Assembly (NCBI GenBank): GCA_964016885.1
Contig: OZ024747.1
Span: 70,494,001-70,558,000, forward strand
Source of the DNA: Eledone cirrhosa
Lineage: Eukaryota
Length of the DNA stretch: 64,000 nucleotides
Reading direction: 5' to 3'
The notes beneath the pieces are model-generated. The model was not told where the DNA came from, ran no database searches, and worked only from the letters and a program-made list of their open reading frames with translations. The position numbers and the translations under genes are program-made. How positions within the stretch are numbered: position 1 is the stretch's first letter; each line of letters starts with the position of its first letter. Of the stretch, positions 27,776 to 40,443 are shown in pieces.

Positions 27776-28020
27776 CCTTACCAAATATGGCCATGTATAA
27801 ATAAATAAAAAAAAACGAATGAAATATATATAAAAACATAATCTGCAAAGAATGTAAGAACACATAATTGCAAAATGAGTGCTATATTGAAATTTAACAA
27901 AAATATTAAACGGCAATACCTCACATTCAATATTTTGACTCTTTCGTTCATATTCCATTAAGGCTTCAGAAATATATTTCATCTTTGAAATGGTGAAGTT
28001 CAATAGACAATTGGATCAAT

Positions 28021-28530
28021 GTCATTTTTCTTTTAAATTTATAATAAGAGCTCGGAATTATTTCTTTGAATCTTTCATTGGGCTTCCTTTACAGGTGGTC
28101 AGACACGATTTCTTTACTTGTTTTAGTAATATATATATGCTCCTGAATAGCATTTCGGTTGCGATCCTTATTGTTGAAAGGTTTGGGCTGCTATTTCTAG
28201 CTAAATACATGTCTATTTGCGTCACAGGGACAATGCTCAGATGGAGTGTTTTCTCTTTTTCGAAACTACATGTGCGTTTTTTGGCAGGCCTTAAATTTGT
28301 GTCAGAAGTGTTGGTTCATATAGTTTCAGTTCTCTATCGCCGATCATCAAATTGAATATTGAACCTCACCATTTCAATGGTTTTATATGTCATTCGTGTT
28401 TTGAATTTATAATAAAAGCTCGGAATTATTTCTTTGGATGTTTCTTTGAGCTTCCTTTGCAGGCGGTATGGCGCGTGTTTGTAATTTTCTCAGACACGAC
28501 ATCTTTTTTTGCATTAGTAATATATATATA
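28021..28530. repeat. Diverged direct repeat (~110-140 bp, period ~370 bp)
   Basis: AATTTATAATAARAGCTCGGAATTATTTCTTTG...GCTTCCTTTRCAGG...CAGACACGA...TTAGTAATATATATAT occurs at ~28035-28138 and ~28404-28530. Confidence 0.85.
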
Positions 28531-31500
28531 ATCACAATCAATAACACTAGTAGGTTGCGCTAGTAGCATTAGTAGTCTGACTCCGCGAATCTTTAGATAA
28601 TATTATGCACAAAATTAAAATCAGTGTCATTTTATCTTGTGCCAATTATATATACTATATATGTTTATTCGATTTTTTTTAGATATAATACCATCATTTG
28701 CCTGAAGTCGTACAACACCATCTAAAAAAAGGAATGAGATATTTAACAAAATATTCCTAGGTACACTTATGTACCTGAACTTAATTCTCCTCTGAAACGC
28801 TTTAATCAGGCCTAGTTAGCTGAAGCTAACCCGGAGCTACAGTTCAGCAACAAATGAGTAGGTGGTTTATTTCTCAATGTCAGTGACTCACAAAAAGTAT
28901 AAGAGAAGGCATATGATAACTTATAAATTTCTCTATACATTTTCGTGTTACTATGTTATTTGAAACTGTTTTTATTCTGAGCGACAATTAATATATTCAT
29001 AATACATATAATTAGAAACTAACTCGCGATGAATTATGAGAAGGATCACGCAAACAGCAATGTACATCTACTACTTTCATCAGGAATGATATCATACACT
29101 GTCACACAATACTCTAGATATTGATAACGTGCTTGTTCCTTGTTGGCGAATTTAAAGCTTGAAATTCCTCCATATGTCGATACAAACTTTTTGGATGTAC
29201 GAATTTTTAAATTCATAGACTCAGTGGTGATTCTATAATTCTCGTCGATGTATCATTGTAAAATAAATTCCCTTATCTACAATTAGATTATATCTATAAT
29301 TGGGCAAATATCCAAATGAAAGCACAGGTAACTTTCGCTTTACAAGTCACAGTGAAAATGTTTCGAAATGTAATATATCTGTTATATCGCTGATTGTGAA
29401 CTTATCCTTTTACTGGATTCTCACAATGACAAACTGAAAACTGTTTGAATATTTAAACTGTTTGTATATATTAATTAATGTAATTTCTTTAGAGATTTTC
29501 TTAAATTTGTTTTGCATAAGAAATTAATATACTGATTTCTAATATAGGTACGAAATTAATTACCCTTTGGTATGGGTCATTTTAATTTAGTCAATCTAAT
29601 CGACCTTAGTATATTATTAGCTTATAATAAATTGACCCAGGATATACAAGAAAGAAAGGACGACACATGTAAGGGTTTAAAAATCCGAATCCGGAATGCT
29701 TAATACAAATACTATAGAATTACCATTTCTAAAACCCCCAAACCTTCTCTGGACTTAACAAAAGAAATTAATAGGATGTTAACTATACATATTTTAGGTA
29801 TAATAAGAAATAATATTTCAGTACATCACGACTGAACAGATGATTTTATTTAATTATTTTTATGTCTAACTAAAATGACATTAAAGATAAAAGTTATTAG
29901 GGTGTCATCAATTGAGAAAAACCTAGTTAATATTCCGCCATATTGATTTCAATGACTTTGATCTCCTAAGCAACCACCAAATTCAGTTTCATATCTTTTG
30001 TTTTCTTTTCCATTTACTCATCGCTTTCTATATAATTCGACGTTTTATTAACGACAAATTTGCAATAACTTATTATAAACTAGACGGCATTATCGCTGCT
30101 ATTTTGAAAGAAGGAAGATTTCGATCGTGGTTGAAACCACATATGTCATGCCTTATTTGAACTGTTGCAAACATTAAGACAAGTCAATTGAAAGGCTTTA
30201 TCTGAACAAAAGTCGGCAAAATAAGAACTAGTAATTAGAGTAAAGTAGTAAAGAAACGAATTAAAGGAAATAGGTAATAAATAGACAGAAATTTCGAGTG
30301 ATTATGACGATGATTGATTTATTTGGATTTGTCTTAAGTAAATGATAACTAGATGAGCCAACACATATTTCTTTGAATAGAAACAAAGTATTATCTCCTG
30401 CTTTTACTCTAGAATAAAGAAAATAAACGAGAAATATACTAAAACGACACATAGAGTCATTACGTAAAGATTTAGCGTATTTTAATGACCCATTATTTTG
30501 AATAGATCCTTATAGAGTGAAAGCTAAAGTTTGGTAAATTAGTTTCAGAGCTAAATTTGGTGCAAACCTTCCATTGTTTAAGCCCTCCATTGCTTGAAAG
30601 CCTGCTGTTTCATTAATTTCAGCTTTAGTCGATAAATGTGTGACTATAATGACTTTTCGAGCCATTTGAAGACAATGCTTATTTATGATTGATATTATTG
30701 CAAAGAATTGCGAGGGAATGTTGAAGAAATTGATACGTCCACAAGAATTAGAGTTGCTATAGAAACAAACGAAGGTAAGAAAGCTAGCTAATATTGCCAA
30801 TTCATCATGCTTGTAGATTTTATAGTTTTAGGAATATTTCTGAAATATTTGAATGTATTGGACAAACAGTATCAAATATCTGAAATCACCTGTTGGTTTG
30901 AGTAAGTACAAACACCTTCAGAAATGTGTTTTGTGTAACTCCAGCACGATTACAACTGAAGTCAGAAAACGTGTCAGAATATATACGGTATCGCCAAAGC
31001 TGGCTGGCTGGTGTGAGCTTTAACTTGCCTAAAGGTTTGCTCGGTATGGTGTGTGCAACATGATTGCAAAATCATGCTAGAGGTGCCCCAAGCAGGTTCT
31101 GTCGGAGATTCAAAGAAGCTGTACTAACTTCTAAAATCAACTATGAAGGGCTAGTCTCTCACAATTAAAACGATCGTTTATCCTCACCCGAAACCTCCAA
31201 ATTAGCGTAACTGATTTTGTGCCAAATTTCGAAATTCTTCGTCACGCTTGCATTGGTTCTCTCCCACAACTATTATTCACCAACAACCTCCGTTGGTTTA
31301 GTGACACACTCTACCGCATGGGAGGTAATTTCGTTCACGATGCTGTCGTGTCAGAGCCCAACTCATGAGGGGGAGAACAGTAAATTCAACAACTGAAGAC
31401 GTGGATTGGCATGATCATATCGGAGATTGAGTTAATATCTGATATTCACATATATGATGCTCACTGTTTTCCAGCTTGCCGAAAATATCCACATCATCAG

Positions 31501-32610
31501 ACGTCTGTAGCCAGCATGCGTGACTGATTCCTGTTCGGGATGCTGTGAAACGCTGATTGGATTCGTCTTAATCTATCCTGACTAAACGCCGCCTGAATTA
31601 CAAGTAGTAATATACGTATATATATTTACAAACAATATTTTAACTATATTTAATACTTTCAACATTAATTTGAAATTGTTAAGAGCATAAACATTCTGAG
31701 TAGTAGTGAATCTCTTCTTAAAAACAGGAAAACTTAATTCGTGACATGAACGTGAAGTAAAGTGATGCGCACAGATTAAATACCCAGCTTAATTGATTAG
31801 TGTTTTTTTCTTCATATCGAATCATCGATTTGTGTGATGCTATATCAAATGGCACGACTAATTGTTGAAAGCAATAGAAGCCGACATAACAACAGCAGGA
31901 CTAACAGCATCATAGTCGACATTTTCAACAACCAACAGTTTAACGATAGCTCACACAGCTGTTTCGTGGAACAACCAGCCTAACAGGTGGTCATTTGCAA
32001 CCACCAGCTTTTACAGGGAATATGTGCAATGTGTTAGAGAACGAAAATAATCAATAACAGAATACCGTTTTAAAAAGACAGACCCGGATACAATGGAGAA
32101 GTCAGTTGTATATAATCCTAAAATGATGGAATGTTCATGGCTGAACCAGTTTATGTTAATCGGTCTGCTCGATGATAGTTGAGCTAGCATTTACAAAAAC
32201 AACTGAAACAAAGATAATGATGACAATACAAACAACAACAATCTTCTATAAACCTGGTTACATGCGCCATATTACTATATCTTAAATCGATATGCAAGTA
32301 TGAGACTCCATCTATTAGTCACTAATTATTCTCCAGCGTTACAGGATGAAGGCCAAATACTAAAAAGATTATTCCTGACATTCTACAATGATGTAGGTGC
32401 TTACATCAAATAATTAAACCCATGAGATGAGCTCTATATGGTCGGTTGGATTACTTCAATTAACCACCAAATTCCCCTCAAATATCAACTTACCTTGTTG
32501 TAAAAAGTGGAACATGTTAAACAATGTTTTCCTCCCTATATTAACATTATGGACTGGTCTCGGTGAAATGCTAAATTACGTCTAACATACAAGTAAACAA
32601 GAAATATAAC

Positions 32611-32770
32611 AATTAATAATTGTTTCTACTTTAGGTACAAGGCCAGCCCTTTTGTGGGGAGGGAAAAATCGATTAAATCAACCCAGTGCATTACCTGTGC
32701 TTTATTTGAACTCAGAACGTAAAGGACGGTAACTTTATGCTGCGAAGCATATTGACCGACGTTCTAGCAA
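32611..32770 (-). mobile_element. Degraded, internally deleted (ATT)-tailed tRNA-SINE
   Basis: AATAATTGTTTCTACTTTAGGTACAAGGCCAGC and TTTGAACTCAGAACGTAAAG match the reverse complement of the SINE at 58333-58540. Confidence 0.75.
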
Positions 32771-33360
32771 ACGGTAGGAATCATGTAAATCTGATAATGA
32801 TCTGCACAGGAAATTAATGAGTATAACCAGTTGAAAATGTAATACGTCTAAGGTTTCCGATAAAACACTAGACTCTCTCACGAAACATTATAATTTCCCA
32901 TTTTTTCGCTACAAACCAATTTATGTCAGATATTTCTTGTGCATAAGACACGAAGCAAGTCACCGAACTTTTCAAAAATTGTATCAATTTGTATAACCAT
33001 GTTTGCACAAATATGTTGAAACCAAAATAATAAAATGATGTTTAAATGATACTGAAATGATTGCTTCAAGCACAGAGCCACGTTTTATTATTATTATTTT
33101 TTTCCTGTTGAGTATAGAATAATAATTAGGACATTAGGGCACACATATCCACACACTATACATTTCTTTTCATTTCCAGTAGCTTTTGTATTTTATACTA
33201 TCTATATTAGTTGAGGTTTTTCTTTGACTACATAATACAAAAATCTCAATCAATAATAACACTACATTCTGTTCGACCTCTGTCTGTACGTCTGCCTACC
33301 AGTATGAATGTGCAACGCCCCCTCTCTCTCTCTGTATATCGCACATCACAAATATACTTT

Positions 33361-33765
<405 letters not shown>

Positions 33766-34764
33766 TGTAGGCATCCCACATCCACACACTTATATGTCTG
33801 TGCGTGTCCGTATGATGGGGAATATACCATGGTGCTTAGTATGAACATGATTTACATGTGTCCATACTTAGTAAGTGTTTATTATACACAGGCATACATA
33901 AAGTAATAAATTAATGCAATAATACATCATTCATCTTTTTATGTTACATACACCCCAATTTCACTGTCTCAAACCATGTGCGTGCATCTGCTTGCCTGTA
34001 TGTGTGCATGTGTGCGCACACTTAAGTCTGTGTGTGTGGATGTGATATGAGTGTCAGAGAAAGTTGATGTGTCTGTGTGTTGTAACACTTACACACGTTT
34101 TTGTTGACACAATGACCTCGTCAGGACCTCAGATCGCAGCCAGCAGAAAATATATGACAAAAGAAAGCAGCCAAAACAGAATAAAAAAGAAATAAACGGA
34201 AAAACCGGATAGGAAATATAGAAAAGGATACTATGTAAGAAGGCAGAAAAAAACAACTATATATAAAACATAAAAAGAAGATACATCATTGGAAGAGTTA
34301 TATAAAAAGACAACAAAAAGAAAACAGTTGGAAACAAACGCAAAACAATATAAAATGTAAAAAAAGGGGCAAAAAATGGCTAGCGATGAGACAGTGTTAA
34401 TGTATTGGGAGGTGGGAGTATATACAAAGAAAAGAAGGGGCAGCAAAGACTTTCATCCTTTGAAATGATCCGCTGTTAATGGTGTTATCCGATAGAATTC
34501 GTTATCACTGAACATCAACTATTAGAGCATGATTTACAAACAAGCTGGCAATTCGGGCATACCTGATAGGTCACGGAGTTGATGTCAGAATATAGTGTGT
34601 TAGGACGGAAGAAGCAAATATTCAGGATAGAAGGATTATATGGTATAGATACAACATAGCTAGATCGATGCAGTGTTGGACAAATAGATGGATACACACA
34701 CATGTCTATATTTAGACGTGTATATATATTATCTTATATTATACTATATTTACACTCATACAGA

Positions 34765-35181
<417 letters not shown>

Positions 35182-35999
35182 AGTGTCAACAATGAAAAAC
35201 AGTAAAACCAACCACAGAAGACAAATACAAGACGTGTTATTATGTTCAGGCGTGTGTGAAAAGGAAAAAGAAGTGTCTCTAACGTATCGGACGATTATTC
35301 TTCATCAATAAATAAAGGAAAGTAAAATTAGGAGAGATATTGGGTTGGGGGAAAGGATTGTTTCTTCAGAGGTGCTGCGGAAGTGGACAGGAATACAAGG
35401 GTGTTTGTATTCCTCCATGAGTCTGTGTATGCAGTACTGGTAACAGAGCATCCATATCTATCACTGGTGCTGGTATATGGGTGTTTGGTTTAGGTGCATC
35501 GTGTTTTCCCGTCTGTTCAAGACATGTGTCTGTCTATACGCGTTATGTCGATCTAACTGTGAGTGCGTGTAAATATGCGTACATTAGAAGTTTGTGTTTA
35601 TTTTAATGGTGTAGGGGGCGTTTGGGGTGTTGGGTCACATTGAAATGTTTGTGAATCAGTTTGTGCATTTTTGTGTATATCAGTGGTAGCATGTAAGTTT
35701 GTGATTAACTCTGTGCCCGTGAATGTGTGATTATCCGGCGTGTGTACATCTACTATGTGTATTTTATATACGTGTGTGGTATTTATGCCGCAGTATGTCA
35801 CAAAGTGTAACGATGCGTGTGTGTGTGTGTGGGGTGGGTGGGGGTGGGGGGTTCAAATGTCTTCCATACGAATCACGTGTCCAATCCTGCGCAACTGCGA
35901 TTCTATCAAGAAACACAACGCGAAACATATTTGCACACTGTAGGACCCCCTGGTTTGATTATATTTTTCGCACCGAGTCGCCTGCTGTGGGAGTGTAAG

Positions 36000-36190
36000 A
36001 ATCATTTCTACTATAAGCACAAGGCCAGCAATTATCCCAGTGCATTACTGGTACTTTATTTTATCGACCCCGTAAGGATAAAAGGCGAAGTTAACCTCGG
36101 CGGGATTTGAACTCAGACCATAAAGGGCTGTAACTCTTTGCTGAAAAGCATGGCGTTAGACCCTCTACCGATACTGTCAATCCACCGCCA
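36000..36190 (-). mobile_element. Full-length tRNA-derived SINE (~190 bp)
   Basis: The reverse strand reads GGCGGTGGATTGACAGTATCGG (A-box-like)...TGAGTTCAAATCCC (B box)...GGGGTCGATAAAATAAAGTACCAG...GCTGGCCTTGTGCTTATAGTAGAAATG. Homologous to 58333-58540 and 59180-59356. Confidence 0.9.
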
Positions 36191-36329
36191 TTTGGGAGTG
36201 TAAGAATGTAGGTGAGCATGCGCACGTGAAGTGACCAACGCAGGGAAGCATACAAATATGTATAAGAAATTCTGCGCATACATACACACACGCAGAGGTC
36301 ACTAGGGGTTGTAGAGGGAGTGATGTGGT

Positions 36330-36704
36330 GACACACATACACACACACGCATACACACACTCACGCACACACACACACACACATACATGCACACACACAC
36401 ATATAGATATATATATATATATATACATATATCTATTCATATATATATATACTTATCTATACACACACACTCACGCACACTCACATACACATACATGCGC
36501 GCGCGCGCACGCACACGCGCACATATATATATATATATGAGTGTGCGTGTGTGAGAGCACGTTTATATAAAACCCTGTTGACCCGTGTCTGTGTGACTAC
36601 GTGTTTGTGTATCTAGGAAATATCCAGGATACCGAATGGATTGATAGATTACTATAATTTCATGCCTACCTTGTTTGTTTTGTTAGGAGTATAGTTGAAT
36701 AAAT

Positions 36705-36740
<36 letters not shown>

Positions 36741-36880
36741 CACATACATGTGTACGCACATCCACACTCACACACACTCACACACACACACACACATAAT
36801 ATTTGTATATATATTTATATATATGTGTGTGTGTGTATAGGAAGAGAGAGAGAGAGATTGATAGGTAGATAGATAGATTT
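36330..36880. repeat. (CA)n/(TA)n-rich microsatellite field
   Basis: Directly visible. Confidence 0.9.
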
Positions 36881-37574
36881 ATTGCTAAACAAAATAACCA
36901 TACGCTCTCCATGATTTCCAAGAGAGCATTAACAGCTCCAGTGAGATTATGTCGTAAGTTGCAAAAAATATTGGATGTTAAATAGTGGAAAAGGAAAATG
37001 TGATATCCATTTGTTTTATGCCATATTCCTGCCTTGAAACTAAGATCAGTGAAAATGTCTGATTTGGCGTTAGGCGACGGGTCTGTTTTTCCTTTTTTTT
37101 TCTTTCTTTTTTCTCCAAATATATAATTCTTTTTCTCCAGGAATAACTATTCGGTTGTTTGCATGTGTGATCTTATACAGGCACGTGTGATTTCTGTGGC
37201 CAAGTAGCAAAGGAGAATATGATATCTGTAGCCATGTAACTTAGTCCACGCTAAAACACCGTAGAGGAAGACATCAAATGAGAATTAGAGAGAATCCACT
37301 ACACTCATAAATATAGCAGTATATCTAGCTATCTGTGACAGGCGATCGAATGGTTTAGTGATCAATAGAAATTGCATTTTGTATTTTTTGTTATTCAAGT
37401 GGAAACTATTCATGGTATAAACTCGGGGTTAAATGAGGCAGATGCAGATTTGACAGTTCCTCCAAAAAAGAAAATAGATATATATGTACAATATAGATAC
37501 ACAAAATGCTATGAGATTGTTTCAGACCAATTAACTTCAGCAGTGCAGGAATAATTGTCCATCGATATATAAGC

Positions 37575-38060
<486 letters not shown>

Positions 38061-38377
38061 AGGTATTCCGAAATTTCAGGCAAAATACTTTTATTTCATC
38101 TTTATTTAACTTCCTGACACATTTATATTTCAACATATACGTATTGCTTGCACAGAAACTCTATTCTGTTTAAATAAAATTTTTCGTTTTGCTCAGCCAA
38201 CCGTCATTGTGCAGTCGTCTGCAAACACTGTTTCCCGAGGAATCTTCTGCTTTTCAAAAAGCACTTTAAAAATGTAAGAGTTAAAAATGATAAGGAGACA
38301 AGCCTGGTTAATAAATTTTAAATGGTATTAATCGTGGGCATTTGACTGTTTGTTTGTGTGTGTATGTGTGAGTGCGC

Positions 38378-38429
<52 letters not shown>

Positions 38430-38431
<2 letters not shown>

Positions 38432-39190
38432 TTCTTTGGTTTGCTTTTATCCTTCTATGTTGTTCACTTGTCCCCCTCGCTTTACGCGATTTACTGGTCC
38501 CAATAACTTTTTTTAGTTATTGCTCGCACCAACCTGAGGTATATTATCTTTAATGCGATGAAATACCAATGATGGTTGGAAAATCACTGATGAAGGACTA
38601 TGTTTATCATATGTAACCTATGTGCAACCACGCAGTATTCTTCTTTCTTCTCATGTTTTTTATATATATTCACCTCGGCTGCGTTTGTCTGTTTCTCTCT
38701 TACTGCTTCCCCGTTCTCTCTGTTTCTCTCACCTTCTTTCACCCCCTCTGTCAGTTACACTTTCTCTCGACTGACCGCTTCCTCGCACTTCCACTCACTC
38801 ACTCTCTGTTTCTCCCCTTCTCACTTCCTCCCGTTTGGCTAACAGTGGGTCTTTTCTTGCTTACATCCCACTCACACTGGACGTGTCTGTACCTTTCGCT
38901 CATGAAATCCACCCAGCTTATGCTGACCAGGACTACCATGTTGCTTGTTTATTTCCTTTCTTTGGTTTGCTTTTATCCTTCTTTGTTGTTCCCTTGTCCC
39001 CCTCGCTTTACGCGATTACTGGTCCCAATAACTTCTTTTAGTTATTGCTCGCACCAACCTGAGGTATCTGATTTTTAATGCGATAAAATACTAATGATGG
39101 TTGGAAAATCACTGACGAAGGACTATTTTTATCATATGTAACCTATGTGCAACCACGCAGTATTCTTCTTTCTTCTCATGTTTTTTATAT
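38430..39190 (+). repeat. Partial tandem duplication of ~235-bp direct repeats, each ending at (TA)n; probable PLE pseudo-LTR
   Basis: 38430-38668 and 38956-39190 are near-identical (CTTTCTTTGGTTTGCTTTTATCC...GCAGTATTCTTCTTTCTTCTCATGTTTTTTATATA). A third homologue lies on the minus strand at 58576-58689. The repeat itself is certain; the PLE assignment is inference. Confidence 0.75.
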
Positions 39191-39206
39191 ATATATATAT
39201 ATATAT

Positions 39207-39320
39207 AACAAAGGAATTGTGGTAAGGAACCAGATGGACAATAACGCACCAGAGTACTCAATACTTAGGGTAGTAGAGTGGGAAATAGGAAAAAGTATGA
39301 CCCCGACGGCAGAGCTCATG
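39207..39320 (-). mobile_element. Dispersed element terminus abutting (TA)n, probably a PLE end
   Basis: Homologous to 4120-4210. Its GGAAAAAGTATGACCCCGACGGC motif recurs at ~4006 and ~629, next to PLE coding remnants. Confidence 0.6.
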
Positions 39321-39730
39321 GGAAGATTGTACTTGTCAAGTGGATTGGTTAAAATTTGTTGTAAACACAAATAAGTCTATCATGGCATTTGGTGGGAGGT
39401 AGGGGTGGCTGAACTTGCCTGTAGAACAATAGGGGAGTGAGTGGAGCGGTCAAGCGTTGAAAGTGATATGTATACAGCAGATTCTAAGGATAGTGTATGA
39501 AGTGGAGGAGGGAGGTTATAGAATAGGTAAATCGAATGTGAGTAGGAGACAATAAAAGATAATCGAAAGAAATAAAAAAATATATAAAATTAGATAGTGA
39601 GAAATTAATAAAAAATATCACAATGCTATCTTACAATTACAGGGTAATAAGTTGAGAATAGAAAAAACTTGTAGAAATTGTAACAAAACTGATAAAAAAT
39701 TAAAGGGGTTTAACACTTCTGCTATAAGTA

Positions 39731-40019
39731 GTAAATTGTTTACTTTGCATAGGTGCCAGTGGATCACCCTGCCCATCACACCATGTCTCCAGCCTTTATA
39801 GTGATGCTGGGCTAGGTGTTTACACTCGGATACAATGTGGGCCACAGTCTCCTCTCTCTCTCCACAGATCCTACACAGTGGGCTAGCCTCCTCCTTGTAA
39901 ATATGGTGTTTCAGCCACTTCGTTTTGAGGGCCTGCTCTTGCGCAGCCATTAGCATTCCTTCTGTAGCCTTTTTAAGGTCTCCTCTTTTCAGCCAGTTCC
40001 ATGTCTGTGGATCTCTGAG
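39731..40019 (-). mobile_element. Dong/R4-clade family B, internal fragment (CCHC region); lacks the 3' end
   Basis: RDPQTWNWLKRGDLKKATEG...CRICGEREETVAHIVSEC...IHWHLCKVNNL is almost identical to 54361-54646. Its 5' junction abuts (ATT)n at 40020-40047. Confidence 0.93.
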
Positions 40020-40047
40020 TATTATTATTATTATTATTATTATTATT

Positions 40048-40423
40048 GTTCTTTGAGTCTCAGTCATTGATATTAGTTAACTGGAAAGTTTGTTGAAATG
40101 AATATCAAGCCACTACCTGCAGCCTCAGATATTCAGGACGTATCGGAGAGTTCTTGCTGTTCCCAGCAAGCATGCCTTTTGAAGTGTTCCAAAAAGCGGG
40201 GCGGGGCCAATTTTCTTTAACTATCCCTGGAAACTTTTTGAGATAGTACCTATTGCGTCTATGACAATCGGGACCACTTTGACTTCATGGCAGTTCCAAA
40301 TCCTTTTTACCTCCCACTTTAAGTCCTGGTATCGGTTAATTTTCTCCCTCTCCTTCTCTTGCACTCTCGTGTCGAATGGGCAGCCCACATCCACAATCAG
40401 GCACGATCTTTTTTCCTTGTCCA
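40048..40423 (-). mobile_element. Dong/R4-clade family B, 5'-truncated 3' fragment (RLE end plus 3' UTR)
   Basis: DKEKRSCLIVDVGCPFDTRVQEKEREKINRYQDL... plus a 3' UTR matching 53858-54231. Flanked by (ATT)n on both sides. Confidence 0.93.
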
Positions 40424-40443
40424 TATTATTATTATTATTATTA

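Noticed and set aside
29530-29720. Highly decayed SINE-like sequence
   Set aside because: Only patchy similarity to the SINE copies; boundaries cannot be supported.
34085-34130. Hammerhead-like CTGACGA...AAAAC on the minus strand
   Set aside because: Stem II does not pair and GAAA is absent; at best a dead PLE relic.
35272-35312. Hammerhead-like TTGATGAAG...GATACGTTA on the minus strand
   Set aside because: Both catalytic core motifs are mutated, so it cannot be called a ribozyme.
39731-40423. A circularly permuted single Dong-B element
   Set aside because: The two pieces overlap nowhere and omit the intervening segment. Two independent truncated insertions, one later losing its 3' end, is simpler.
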